From: a virus
Length of the DNA: 64,000 nt
Strand: one strand, 5' to 3'
Virus record (IMG/VR): IMGVR_UViG_3300045921_000146
Location: 1 to 64,000 of that record
The notes beneath the pieces are model-generated. The model searched no databases and was not told where the DNA came from. It worked only from the letters and a program-made list of their open reading frames with translations. Below are positions 11,203-20,221 of the stretch, piece after piece; the first letter of the stretch is position 1, and each line of letters starts with the position of its first letter. The translations under genes were made by a program, and so were the position numbers.

Positions 11203-11858
11203 TGTTTGTTAAACTTAATGAAAAAAACCAAGTTGTTGAAATTGTTCCCTACGATGACATTTCCGATAAGTTTCATCCAGACGTTCAGGCTCTTTTTTAC
11301 CCAATTGAAGGCGAGGTTCAGCTCAATGATTATGTCGAACTTCAACCAAGAAGTGAGATGCAAGAGGTTATCACTACAGAAATCGTACAAGTTCCTGTAG
11401 TAGACGAAGAAGGCAATCCTGTACTTGATGAACAGGGTGAGCCAACTTTTACTCAAGAGGAAAGACAAGTTGTCGAGCAAGTAGAAGTAGAGCTTAAACC
11501 TTTAGCAGTTAAGATAGATCCACCAGCAGATCCTCCTCTTAGTCCAGAGGAACAACAAGAGCAGCTTCGTTCAATGGTTCGAGCGGCCATAGCATTTGGT
11601 AATAACCTAATTGAAGAGTTCATAATGGAAAACATCGTATTAGGTATTACTCAAGACGGAATGTCAGCTACAGTTCTTAATGTAATGGCTCCAGCTTCTG
11701 AAGCTCTACGTTTTGGTAGCTTATATGTAGCAATTGAGAGATTAAAAGCAATACCCGCTGAAAGCAAGGACGCTAAATACGTCACTGATGCAAGATTGCT
11801 ACAAGCTGTTAACAAGATTGAGCAGTATTTGAACGTACCTCTAAGTGAAACACTATAA
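11202..11858 (+). CDS. Putative tail fibre assembly chaperone
   Basis: Translationally coupled to the fibre gene; acidic; VVDEEGNPVLDEQGEP motif. Confidence 0.55.
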   Translation: MFVKLNEKNQVVEIVPYDDISDKFHPDVQALFYPIEGEVQLNDYVELQPRSEMQEVITTEIVQVPVVDEEGNPVLDEQGEPTFTQEERQVVEQVEVELKPLAVKIDPPADPPLSPEEQQEQLRSMVRAAIAFGNNLIEEFIMENIVLGITQDGMSATVLNVMAPASEALRFGSLYVAIERLKAIPAESKDAKYVTDARLLQAVNKIEQYLNVPLSETL

Positions 11859-11885
11859 CAACAAATAGCTATACAAGGAGTTTAA

Positions 11886-12170
11886 GTGTTACAAAAATAT
11901 AAAGAATTTATAGTAAAGCTAAACTGCTTAGGAGTACCTGTACCAATGGTAAGAGACCCTAAAACAAAAGTAGGGTCAGTATCATTGACTTTAGTATTTC
12001 TAAGTTTCAACGTATGGCTATTTTCAGTAATTGGTAAAATAGCAGGCAAGGCAGGGGGCATTGATACCTCTGCCTGCCTACAAATGTTTATAGCTTGTGC
12101 TGGTTTGTATTACGGCAGAAAACTTAGCACTAAAGGTAAAGATATAGAATTACAATCAAAAGAGGAGTAA
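11886..12170 (+). CDS. Putative holin (2 TM)
   Basis: Small, two hydrophobic helices, charged C-terminus, near the endolysin. Confidence 0.55.
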   Translation: MLQKYKEFIVKLNCLGVPVPMVRDPKTKVGSVSLTLVFLSFNVWLFSVIGKIAGKAGGIDTSACLQMFIACAGLYYGRKLSTKGKDIELQSKEE

Positions 12171-12172
12171 CT

Positions 12173-12295
12173 GTGCCAGCTAAAAGCAAACAACAATTTA
12201 AATTTATGAAAGCTGTAGAATCTGGAGCAATTAAAAAACTTCAGCTAAGTAAAAAAAAAGCTAAAAATTTATTAAGAGGAGATTACAATGGCTAA
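12173..12295 (+). CDS. Small basic protein (MPAKSKQQFKFMKAVESG..., 40 aa)
   Basis: GTG start after GAGGAG; Lys-rich; too short for the ORF track. Confidence 0.55.
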   Translation: MPAKSKQQFKFMKAVESGAIKKLQLSKKKAKNLLRGDYNG

Positions 12296-12455
12296 ACAAG
12301 GTCTTTACGCAAATATTCACGCTAAAAGAGAAAGAATCAAAAAGGGTAGTAAGGAGAAAATGCGACCAGTAGGAGCGAAAGGCGCCCCTAAAAAATCAGA
12401 TTTTAAAGCCGCTGCTAAAACGGCTAAGAAACCTGGAGGCAGCCGTGGCCGCTAA
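12288..12455 (+). CDS. Small basic protein (MAKQGLYANIHAKRERIKKGSKEKMR..., 55 aa)
   Basis: RBS GAGGAG; GLYANIHAKR motif familiar from aquatic phage small basic proteins. Confidence 0.7.
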   Translation: MAKQGLYANIHAKRERIKKGSKEKMRPVGAKGAPKKSDFKAAAKTAKKPGGSRGR

Positions 12456-12720
12456 AAAAACTAGCTCTAAACCTTTCCACGGTTACAATAAGAAGAAACA
12501 CTCAAAAGAAGGCGGCCTCAACGACGCCTACCGCAAGAAAATTAATAGAGAAGAAGGTAGCAACCTTAAAAGGCCAGTAACAGGTAAAGTTAAGCCTGGT
12601 TCTAAGGCCGCAGCTCGCCGTAAAAGTTTTTGCGCTAGAATGTCAGGAGTGCCTGGGCCGACCAGTAAAGGCGGCAAACTAACTCCAAAGGGCGCAGCCC
12701 TAAAACGTTGGAAGTGTTAG
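12445..12720 (+). CDS. Small basic protein (RRKSFCARM..LKRWKC family)
   Basis: Conserved phage motif AARRKSFCARMSG and a C-terminal WKC. Confidence 0.7.
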   Translation: MAAKKTSSKPFHGYNKKKHSKEGGLNDAYRKKINREEGSNLKRPVTGKVKPGSKAAARRKSFCARMSGVPGPTSKGGKLTPKGAALKRWKC

Positions 12721-12728
12721 GAGTACTT

Positions 12729-13100
12729 ATGATTCTACCTCACGAAATACTAATGGGAAGAGATAGCCAAGCTCCATTAGACGAAATACAATGGCGCAAT
12801 TTGACTGATTTAATTGCAAGACTAAACGCACTACGAGTACATTACGGCAAGCCTATGACAGTTAGTTCTGGTTATAGGCCGCCCAATATCAACTCAGGCG
12901 TAGGGGGCGCTAAAAGCAGCGCCCACATGAGTTGCCAAGCAGTAGACTTTAGGGACCCTAACGGCGAATTAGCCGCATGGTGCTTAAAGAACATGAAGTT
13001 ATTAGTACAATTAGGACTATACTTAGAAGACCCAGCATTTACTAAAGGTTGGGTACACCTTCAGAGTAGACCTACAAATAACAACCCTTTTAAACCCTAA
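12729..13100 (+). CDS. Peptidase M15A-family endolysin
   Basis: SSGYRPP, SAHMSCQAVD and WVHL zinc motifs; start assigned at MILPHE. Confidence 0.85.
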   Translation: MILPHEILMGRDSQAPLDEIQWRNLTDLIARLNALRVHYGKPMTVSSGYRPPNINSGVGGAKSSAHMSCQAVDFRDPNGELAAWCLKNMKLLVQLGLYLEDPAFTKGWVHLQSRPTNNNPFKP

Positions 13101-13194
13101 CCAACTAATACTAACATAAACCCTCCTTCCTTTACTTCTTTAGGTAATAGCAGAAATGGAGCGAAATTTAGTATTAAAAATTAAAGGAGTATTA

Positions 13195-13680
13195 ATGGCA
13201 ATCGCACAAAGATTAGTCAATAAATTAAAGCGGCGCCGCAAGGCCGCCAATAAAAATAGAGGTTTTGGCCGCCAAGACAAGATCGACCGAAAGGACGAAG
13301 TACTGGCTGACAGCCCAGGAGTATTTAAGTACTTAAGAGGCATCCAACGCCGACAAGACAGAAATTTCGGCCAGCAAATGCAGCCTAGCGCAGAGTACAA
13401 ACCTGATAAACAACTCTTAGCCGTAGTAGACCTAGACCTGCTCGACACTCCGGATAGAATTGAAGCTACGTTCGCTACTGCCGCCTTAGTAGAAGCTATC
13501 GGCGTTCAAGTAGGAGACGTAGTTAAAGTACTAAGCGGAGTTTTAAAAGGTAGAGAGTTAGCAGTAACTGCTGTAGCTGCCAACGTAGTTACCTTAGAAG
13601 CTGACTTAGACCTAGTAAGTCCTGAAACTGACGTACCAGTAAAAGTACAAATTAGCGGAACTAAGACTTCATTTAAATAA
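13195..13680 (+). CDS. Hypothetical protein with basic N-terminus, possibly virion-associated
   Basis: RBS AAGGAG before MAIAQRL; last gene of the + strand block. Confidence 0.6.
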   Translation: MAIAQRLVNKLKRRRKAANKNRGFGRQDKIDRKDEVLADSPGVFKYLRGIQRRQDRNFGQQMQPSAEYKPDKQLLAVVDLDLLDTPDRIEATFATAALVEAIGVQVGDVVKVLSGVLKGRELAVTAVAANVVTLEADLDLVSPETDVPVKVQISGTKTSFK

Positions 13681-13715
13681 TTAACTTTTAAAACTGCTCA
13701 GGACGAGCGGTTTAT

Positions 13716-13763
13716 AGGGGTTCGTTTGGGCTACTCTCCTCGGCCTGGGCGAGCCCCTTTTTT
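13716..13763 (+). terminator. Intrinsic terminator of the late operon
   Basis: GGGGTTCGTTTGGGC/GCCTGGGCGAGCCCC stem followed by a T tract. Confidence 0.75.
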
Positions 13764-13904
13764 GTTTTTAAGGCTAACCAGTAATTAGCTCAAGTAGTAA
13801 GCTCAATTTTAAGCCCTTTAACGGGCCTAGGTTCGATTTTTAGGGGGCAGGGGCTACCCAAGGTAGGGGTTAGCTAAAGAGCTATTAGGAGGGCTTTAAA
13901 AGCT

Positions 13905-14201
13905 TTAAGAGCCGCTTTTACTACCGTATAATATTTTGACAGTTTCTAATTCTACGTCGTTTGGAAAAACTAATATACTTTTAGTACTAGTTAATACGTC
14001 AAAAGCGTAAGAACTTAAAGTTTGGTCCAATTCTTCGTATTCTTTTCTATTTTGCTCTATACTTTTAGGGGTAAATACAAGAGTTCTACTATTTATACGG
14101 TAACCTTCAAAATCAAGCTTAAACATAGGTTCGGCTTGGTATAGGTAGCCTACGTCGTCCCAACGTTCTGAAATTACTAAGTATTTAAAAGGTTTGTCCA
14201 T
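13905..14201 (-). CDS. Hypothetical protein with C-terminal KILYG tag
   Basis: RBS GGAG; ends ETVKILYGSKSGS. Confidence 0.7.
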   Translation of the reverse strand: MDKPFKYLVISERWDDVGYLYQAEPMFKLDFEGYRINSRTLVFTPKSIEQNRKEYEELDQTLSSYAFDVLTSTKSILVFPNDVELETVKILYGSKSGS

Positions 14202-14213
14202 AAGTAAACTCCG

Positions 14214-14288
14214 CTGGGAAAGCAGGAATCGAACCTGCCCCGTTCTCGATTAACAGTCGAGTGCAAACACCTTGCTCGCTCTTTCCCA
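14214..14288 (-). tRNA. tRNA-Asn (GTT), atypical
   Basis: Acceptor TGGGAAA/TTTCCCA-G; anticodon arm CTCGA-CTGTTAA-TCGAG; T arm GCAGG-TTCGATT-CCTGC; no encoded CCA. Confidence 0.85.
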
Positions 14289-14295
14289 ACGCAAC

Positions 14296-14562
14296 TTACC
14301 GTACAAACAGCACCTTTTCCATTTCAGTTACTTCAAGTAGTTCTGCTAGTTTAACTACTTTAGGCCACAAATGAGGGCTAAACGTCCAATTACTAACCTT
14401 ATAACTCGCCTGGCCAAGGCTGTTTAAATACAACTTATTAAAGGTTATGTGTTGTACTCCCTCTTCGTCAACGTATATTTTTAAGCTTTGTCCTGCTTCG
14501 TAGTCCCAAGCTATTTCTTTAAACAGTTCTGGAAAGATTTGCATGGTATAAGGTTTACTCAT
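14296..14562 (-). CDS. Hypothetical protein (ends EKVLFVR)
   Basis: ORF with GGAG RBS, coupled to the upstream gene. Confidence 0.6.
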   Translation of the reverse strand: MSKPYTMQIFPELFKEIAWDYEAGQSLKIYVDEEGVQHITFNKLYLNSLGQASYKVSNWTFSPHLWPKVVKLAELLEVTEMEKVLFVR

Positions 14563-14884
14563 TAGTTTCTCCAAACAACGCTTTCTCTGCGTACACTCTA
14601 TCGTCTCCCAAACCTAAAACTTTGTCAAGAGCTTTACAGTAACATTCCTGGCAAATAGTTCTATTTAGTTCTTCTGAAAGTCCTTCTTTCCAAGTATAAA
14701 CTACTCCTACAGGTACGTCTTTCTTTTTACATTTTATGCAGTCAATACGGCCAGTAAGTTTAAAACTTTTAGCTGTAACGTCCTCAGCTATGATATCTCC
14801 GGTGTTTAAATAGGGTTTTGGGACTGCGTAAACTGGAGCGGAGTTTGTAGTAACCTTAGTAGGTAACTTTGAGGAGCTACTCAT
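14555..14884 (-). CDS. Zn-finger hypothetical protein (ends EKALFGE..)
   Basis: CIKC...CQEC pairs. Confidence 0.6.
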   Translation of the reverse strand: MSSSSKLPTKVTTNSAPVYAVPKPYLNTGDIIAEDVTAKSFKLTGRIDCIKCKKKDVPVGVVYTWKEGLSEELNRTICQECYCKALDKVLGLGDDRVYAEKALFGETNE

Positions 14885-15167
14885 CTTCGTCTTCTCCAAA
14901 ACCGGAACTGGTGTTAGTTAAATTCTTAGGTGGGGCGCTATACAAAATTTCTTTAATTTTAGTTTCTTTACTTTTCCAAATAACTTTATTTCTATGCTCC
15001 GCTAGAAACTCTATAAGCAATATCAATAAATGTAGAGGGCCAAAGAAGGAGAACAGGCCAGCTACTATAATGTCGTCTATTGTCAATAGCCCTTGCCTTT
15101 TAGCTTTAGTTCGCACTCCTATAAAGAACCCTATAAGCACCCATAACGCTAAAATCTTGTATTCCAT
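14877..15167 (-). CDS. Small membrane protein (KEILYS motif)
   Basis: Two hydrophobic segments. Confidence 0.6.
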   Translation of the reverse strand: MEYKILALWVLIGFFIGVRTKAKRQGLLTIDDIIVAGLFSFFGPLHLLILLIEFLAEHRNKVIWKSKETKIKEILYSAPPKNLTNTSSGFGEDEDE

Positions 15168-15174
15168 AAACCCT

Positions 15175-15588
15175 CTAAATAGTCTGTTTATGCTGTTTTT
15201 TAAGCGCCTTAACTCTAATCAAGCTTTCTTTATAATTATTATTTAAAGTAGTTACAAAATCAATAACTTCTTTGAGTTGGCTTTTAAGGTCGTCGCTAAC
15301 GCAAGGGAGGTTTAGAATTTTATTAGCCTCGTCCAGGTAAACTTGAGTGTCGTTAATTTGGTCTTCTAGTAATTCAATTATTGAATCGTATTCGAGTAGC
15401 AATAAAGTTGGAGGGCTTAGTAAGTCAACCCTTTTAATAATTTGAGTTCTGGCAGAGTCTGCTAATTCAACACTAGCTCGTACTTGGTCCTGGCAGGAAA
15501 TAGCTTTTACTTCAACAGGTCGTTTCTTTGTAGAAGTACAATTAACTGTAAATAGCATTAAAGTTAGTAAGTATTTTAGTTTGTTCAT
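15175..15588 (-). CDS. Putative lipoprotein
   Basis: MNKLKYLLTLMLFTVNC lipobox-like signal. Confidence 0.55.
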   Translation of the reverse strand: MNKLKYLLTLMLFTVNCTSTKKRPVEVKAISCQDQVRASVELADSARTQIIKRVDLLSPPTLLLLEYDSIIELLEDQINDTQVYLDEANKILNLPCVSDDLKSQLKEVIDFVTTLNNNYKESLIRVKALKKQHKQTI

Positions 15589-16079
15589 TAGTCCCACCAG
15601 TAGTGTGAATATTTACCTATAATAGCATAAGCTAATTTAGTATCTCTAACTCTCTGCCGCTCGTCGGCGTCATAAGCTTCGTTATATTCTTTACGCTGTT
15701 GTTTCTTCTTTTCGGGAGTGTCTGCTTTATCCGCTACGGCAGTTAAAAAAGAACCTTCAGAGCCTTCTACTTTTTCAAAAACATATTTTATAGGTCCCCA
15801 CTTCTTTTCGTGTAAATCCATAAACTTGCTGTATTCATTTTTACAAAGCCTATCTAATAGTTTAATAGCCAAGGCTAGAGATTTCCTCTTAGGTTCGTAG
15901 TTCTGACATTCTTCCGAATGATTTGCGTAATGAGTAAATTCGTATTCTAATCGTTTTAGTTTGAATAATACTAATTGATTCAAGTAGTCGTAATCCCAAT
16001 CGTGATTACCCCAACCTATTCTAGCAAAAGCTAAAGCTCTACAGAAACATCTATAATAACGTTTAATTGAACTCAACAT
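15588..16079 (-). CDS. Conserved phage hypothetical protein
   Basis: DWDYDYL..LFKL and a C-terminal WWD, typical of a widespread phage family. Confidence 0.65.
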   Translation of the reverse strand: MLSSIKRYYRCFCRALAFARIGWGNHDWDYDYLNQLVLFKLKRLEYEFTHYANHSEECQNYEPKRKSLALAIKLLDRLCKNEYSKFMDLHEKKWGPIKYVFEKVEGSEGSFLTAVADKADTPEKKKQQRKEYNEAYDADERQRVRDTKLAYAIIGKYSHYWWD

Positions 16080-16190
16080 TTAAAACATCTCCCGAGTCTC
16101 CGACTTCAATAAGAATTTCAATCTCTTCTTCGGACAAAGCCTCGCAGTACTGCAAGCCTAAAGCTCCACCTAGTAACATCCCCAACCAAA

Positions 16191-16442
16191 TCATACGTCC
16201 CCATTCTCCTCTTTAATAGCTTTTTCGTAAGGGTGTAAAAACTCAGTTCTAATCTGCTCTGCCGCCTCGTTAAGTTCTCCGCAATAGTTTTTCATAGAAT
16301 TATACCGACGTTCTACGTTGTACTTGAAGTACTTGAACAGGATGTAGTTTAAGTCCCCATCAGCTTTTACAGAAATTTCTTCCATAGCTTTAACTACTTT
16401 ATCACATTCAGCTCTGCGGTTCATATCTTTAAGGTACGGCAT
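16191..16442 (-). CDS. Conserved phage hypothetical protein
   Basis: MPYLK..GDLNY..PYE..ENGDV pattern. Confidence 0.65.
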   Translation of the reverse strand: MPYLKDMNRRAECDKVVKAMEEISVKADGDLNYILFKYFKYNVERRYNSMKNYCGELNEAAEQIRTEFLHPYEKAIKEENGDV

Positions 16443-16448
16443 ATATCC

Positions 16449-16664
16449 TCACAAATGTTCAGCTTTTTCTATTATAGCTTTTAATAGAGCCTTTTCGGAC
16501 CCGTCTACGCTATACATAGTAATCTTAGTCATACGTTCGTATTTATCTTCTACTACAAACTTTAACCTACGTCCGTCCTCAATGTCAACTTCTATTGCTA
16601 CAGCTTTTGAATTTTCTTGAACCCACTTAACTGCCTTTTTTAAATCTTCCAAACTTACTCTCAT
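16449..16664 (-). CDS. Hypothetical protein
   Basis: ORF with GGGAG RBS. Confidence 0.6.
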   Translation of the reverse strand: MRVSLEDLKKAVKWVQENSKAVAIEVDIEDGRRLKFVVEDKYERMTKITMYSVDGSEKALLKAIIEKAEHL

Positions 16665-16711
16665 GTGACTCCCTTAAAATTGGGTATTTTTAATTTTTAT
16701 TTTACCTTGTT

Positions 16712-16954
16712 TTATTCTAATGTTGTAGGCCGATACAATACCGCAGCCGGGTCGTCATGGCTAAACACTTCAAATCTGTCGGCAGAAAATGCGCCAAAGT
16801 ACTTACGACCTTCAGCGTTACAGACAGAACAAGTAATGGTGCCGCTAATTAAATTAATACGAGTAGGGCTAACTACTTGTTTAGGTACAGTCCCGTAGCG
16901 TTTACTTTTAGTTCCTGTAAATATATAAACCAAATCTCTTACTTGTAGTTTCAC
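16712..16954 (-). CDS. Small SH3/KOW-like protein (ends AAVLYRP..)
   Basis: LQVRDLV start; overlaps the def stop codon. Confidence 0.55.
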   Translation of the reverse strand: MKLQVRDLVYIFTGTKSKRYGTVPKQVVSPTRINLISGTITCSVCNAEGRKYFGAFSADRFEVFSHDDPAAVLYRPTTLE

Positions 16955-17412
16955 AACTTGTAACCTCTACCCTTCTCTATAAAAGTCACGCCGTCCAGAT
17001 GGTCTAGTTCGTGTTGAATTACCTGGGCCGCTAACCCAACAAACTCATGAGTAAGCTCGTCGCCTTGCGTGTTCTGGTACTTAACTTTAACTATTCTAGG
17101 TCTTTTTACTGTAACAACTTTATTCCCAAAAGACAAACATTTTTCTTCGATGGCTTGCTCTCCAGAAGTACTTAAAATTACTGGGTTTATCATAAACGTA
17201 CAAAAATGGGCGTCGCTAAAAGTGCTAGAATTAATTACTGTAATACGTTTATTTACCCCTACTTGAGGGGCGGCCAACCCTACGCCTCCGGCTAACTTCA
17301 TAGTTATACACATACGTACACATATTTCTCGAACCTCTAGAGAAATATCTTTTACCTCTTGGGCAGGAGTAGTAGCTAGTTCTGAATCTTTTAAGATTTT
17401 GTAAGGCTTCAT
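16951..17412 (-). CDS. def: Peptide deformylase
   Basis: GVGLAAPQVG, EKCLS (variant of EGCLS) and HELDHLDG motifs. Confidence 0.92.
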   Translation of the reverse strand: MKPYKILKDSELATTPAQEVKDISLEVREICVRMCITMKLAGGVGLAAPQVGVNKRITVINSSTFSDAHFCTFMINPVILSTSGEQAIEEKCLSFGNKVVTVKRPRIVKVKYQNTQGDELTHEFVGLAAQVIQHELDHLDGVTFIEKGRGYKL

Positions 17413-18683
17413 TATTTACTCGTACTTCCGCACAACACTTCCGCAGGATACTCAAACTTATCTATTAGGATTTCTCGAACTTGTTGTGCTAATAGTTGTA
17501 CTTCGTACTGAGCCCCTTCGTGGTCTCTAAGCTTAATAAATTGCACCCAGTTTCTTAAGTTTCCAGTCATATAAAACTCAGTGATTAAATCTTGAGGTAG
17601 TACGCCTCTAGCTTGTTCTTTACACACTCCCATAGCTAGCATATCTTCGTATAGTTTTAATGATTGTGCGTGGTGTTCAGCTACTTCTATTTTTAGAGCT
17701 TGTTGGTGTTCTTCCGCTAACGCCCCTTCAGAAGCTTGTCTATTGCTTTTGTGTTGTTTGCGGTACTCATCAGGTAAATAGAACTCCATATTCTTTTCTG
17801 TGTACCTGCGAGAAACTTCGTTGTAAGAATTATGTACGACCATTCCGTTAGCTACAAAATTGTGATTTGGACCTTTTACGCTTAAATCATAAGTTATCTC
17901 TTCTCCTACATATCTGACACTAACTATTTTTTCTTTTTTACCAACTAAAATATTACCTTTTGATTTAACTCTCCAAGATAAAGCGTGTTTTTTGTGTACG
18001 ACTCTATGACAGGATTCGTCTAAAGAGCTTAAGCCGACCAATTCACCATTTGTTATGACGAAACTTTGTTTACTCATAGTAGCGATATTATTTTTAGTTA
18101 GTTCTAAACCTACCGCATCTTCCAACCTTTGCCAGCCACTATCAGTAAGAAGTTTATGATCCTTAGTACATTTAAGTTTTTTACCTGATTCTGTCTCTAA
18201 TTCAAAGATATGTTTTTTGCCACTATATATAACATCAGTTAAATTACTGACAGTAAACTTGTGCGCCTTCTCATCATAACAGCGAATCAACATCTTCTGT
18301 AATCTGCTTTTGTGTACCGGATTGTTCCACAGTTTAAACAAGCGAGTTAATGTAAATTTTTGACCCTTGTTTCCAATCTGCTTAACGTGCACACCTTTTT
18401 TCCATTCAGCAGGACGATTGAAAGTTATTTCTGTGTCTCCAGATAAACAAAATGTACGATGCCTGTGAATTTGACTTCTAATATAAAGTGGACAAGTAAC
18501 TTTAACCGTTAGAGTGCAATGCTCAAACGGACTCATGTGCTGATGGTCAGCTAAGTATTTAATAAGTTTTTTGTCTTTATCGTCTAGTTCAGTTTTAGTA
18601 TTACCAAAACTTACACGAGCGGCATTAACTACTGTAAGGGCTGAGCCCATATGATCTATATACTCTACTTTAAGGTTACTCAT
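17412..18683 (-). CDS. thyX: Flavin-dependent thymidylate synthase, intein-containing
   Basis: VNAARVS and HMSPFEH motifs; the ThyX motif RHRTF|SYNEVSRRY is split by an intein. Confidence 0.93.
   Translation of the reverse strand: MSNLKVEYIDHMGSALTVVNAARVSFGNTKTELDDKDKKLIKYLADHQHMSPFEHCTLTVKVTCPLYIRSQIHRHRTFCLSGDTEITFNRPAEWKKGVHVKQIGNKGQKFTLTRLFKLWNNPVHKSRLQKMLIRCYDEKAHKFTVSNLTDVIYSGKKHIFELETESGKKLKCTKDHKLLTDSGWQRLEDAVGLELTKNNIATMSKQSFVITNGELVGLSSLDESCHRVVHKKHALSWRVKSKGNILVGKKEKIVSVRYVGEEITYDLSVKGPNHNFVANGMVVHNSYNEVSRRYTEKNMEFYLPDEYRKQHKSNRQASEGALAEEHQQALKIEVAEHHAQSLKLYEDMLAMGVCKEQARGVLPQDLITEFYMTGNLRNWVQFIKLRDHEGAQYEVQLLAQQVREILIDKFEYPAEVLCGSTSK
17829..18449 (-). mobile_element. Intein in ThyX (207 aa, no recognisable homing endonuclease)
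   Basis: Starts CLSGDT; block B CTKDHKLLT; ends VVHN followed by Ser. Confidence 0.9.
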
Positions 18684-18919
18684 TCTTCTATCTCCCTCAT
18701 TAGTAGTCTATATTCTTCTTCCAATTTATCTAGAAGTTTTCTGCCTGTTTTTGTCTTACTCAACTTATCTAATTCTGCATCTGAGTACCCGTGTTTGTGT
18801 GCTGGTCTGAATAATTTTTCCCAGACTTGGTCAAGCGTATGTTTATACTTCCAAGCTTTTTGAGCGTCCTCGAAATCTTCTTTTTCTTCGGGTAAATCAA
18901 ATTGTAATATACCTTTCAT
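18680..18919 (-). CDS. Conserved phage hypothetical protein (MKGILQFDLPEE..)
   Basis: RBS GGAGG; the longer ORF-track version is an artefact of the Ala repeat. Confidence 0.7.
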   Translation of the reverse strand: MKGILQFDLPEEKEDFEDAQKAWKYKHTLDQVWEKLFRPAHKHGYSDAELDKLSKTKTGRKLLDKLEEEYRLLMREIEE

Positions 18920-18947
18920 AACCCCTCCAACAACATAATCATCACAG

Positions 18948-19475
18948 CTAGTTGGCTCTCTCTCTCTCTTGGTCGTAGGCGGCAGCAGCAGCAGCATTAG
19001 CGGCAGGAGTATTAGCGGTGGCAGCGGCAGCAAAAGCGGCAGCAGCATCAGCGGCAGCATCAGCAGCATCAACAGCAGCATCAACAGCAGCATCAGCGGC
19101 AGCATAAGCGGCAGCAAAAATGGCAGCATAAGTGACAGAATCAGCAGCGGCGGTAGCAAAAGCGGTAGAAGCAACATAAGCACAAGATACCTTATCCGCC
19201 TCAGCAGAAGCAGCAAAAGCACAGTCTATTGCAAAACACTCGACTAAAAACCTTGGAGCAAGCCGGACAAAAACCCATATTTTATCCTGTGGCGTAATGT
19301 TTTCCAGCTTTAAGAACTCAGTGAGTGTGCCCTCAAATTCTGAATGATGATTGAGGTAGTTTTCCCATCGGTCGTTGCACGGGTTTAGACTTTTAAGGAC
19401 TTGTCTTGTGATTTTAATTGGCTCTTTTTTGTTAGAAGATTTCATATTATACCTCGCCTTGCGATTCTCGCTCAA
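18948..19475 (-). CDS. Ala-rich repeat protein
   Basis: N-terminal LNPC..W domain followed by an AAADAAY low-complexity tract. Confidence 0.65.
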   Translation of the reverse strand: MSENRKARYNMKSSNKKEPIKITRQVLKSLNPCNDRWENYLNHHSEFEGTLTEFLKLENITPQDKIWVFVRLAPRFLVECFAIDCAFAASAEADKVSCAYVASTAFATAAADSVTYAAIFAAAYAAADAAVDAAVDAADAAADAAAAFAAAATANTPAANAAAAAAYDQERERAN

Positions 19476-19708
19476 GCTGAGACAGATTTAGGTTTTTTTA
19501 CGACTAGCTCTTTTGTGTCTTCATTGGTTAGCTCGTTTTCGTCTAAAGCTAATTCTTTTATTGTTACCCAATCATATCTAGCAGAGCACTTAGAAAGCCT
19601 TTTTGCTTCTTCTGTGGCGTTTTCTAAGGTGCTCCATATAGACTCTAGGTTTTCTTCGTATTTGTACGTTGGCTCGTATTGAGTAAAAATTGCATATATC
19701 TTATTCAC
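19472..19708 (-). CDS. Hypothetical protein
   Basis: GTG start overlapping the upstream stop; GGAGG RBS. Confidence 0.55.
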   Translation of the reverse strand: MNKIYAIFTQYEPTYKYEENLESIWSTLENATEEAKRLSKCSARYDWVTIKELALDENELTNEDTKELVVKKPKSVSA

Positions 19709-19977
19709 TTTTCCTCCGGGCCATAATAGTCTTCTTCCCAGCAATCTAAGGTAAACTCAAACTCATCTCCGGCAAAATGTCCAGGATCTTTACCTGTAAA
19801 TTGAGGAGGGCGCATACCAATAAAATCCTCACTGATCATTAATGCTTTTTCTGCTAAAATTTCTGTAAACCTTCCCCAGCTAATTTCGGCGCTCTGAAAG
19901 CGAAGAGCCGCATCGTAGATTTCTGGGTCTAGTTTTAAATTTGATCTCATGACCATGTAGGCTTCATTTCTTTTCAT
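19705..19977 (-). CDS. Hypothetical protein, paralog-like to 19964-20179
   Basis: MKRNE..GMRPP..WE, compared with MKRSE..GMLPP..WE. Confidence 0.6.
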   Translation of the reverse strand: MKRNEAYMVMRSNLKLDPEIYDAALRFQSAEISWGRFTEILAEKALMISEDFIGMRPPQFTGKDPGHFAGDEFEFTLDCWEEDYYGPEEK

Positions 19978-20179
19978 CTTCAGGTTCCCATTCGCAGTAA
20001 GCTATAGAAGCTGAATCTTCTACTATTGGAGGCAACATTCCCATTCCTTCGATCATAGCTAACAATCCCTTTGCGTGTCTAGTAAAAAACTTTAAATCAG
20101 TTTCGTTGCTATACTGACGTTTTTCGTAAATCTCCATAAGTTCATCTGTAATAAATTCAACCATCTCACTTCGCTTCAT
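19964..20179 (-). CDS. Hypothetical protein (MKRSEM..GMLPP..WEPE)
   Basis: RBS AAGGAG. Confidence 0.65.
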   Translation of the reverse strand: MKRSEMVEFITDELMEIYEKRQYSNETDLKFFTRHAKGLLAMIEGMGMLPPIVEDSASIAYCEWEPEDEKK

Positions 20180-20221
20180 GTTTCATCTCCTTAGACTATT
20201 TTATCTAGCTTAGGTTTTTGC

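Noticed and set aside
745-11635. Antisense ORFs within the tail genes (and + strand ORFs within the replication genes)
   Set aside because: They are shadow frames of long, well-supported genes.
18680-19247. Leu/Pro-rich (-) and Ser-rich (+) ORFs over the GCA/GCG repeat
   Set aside because: These are alternative frames of the Ala-rich tract of 18948-19475. The real downstream gene starts at 18919.
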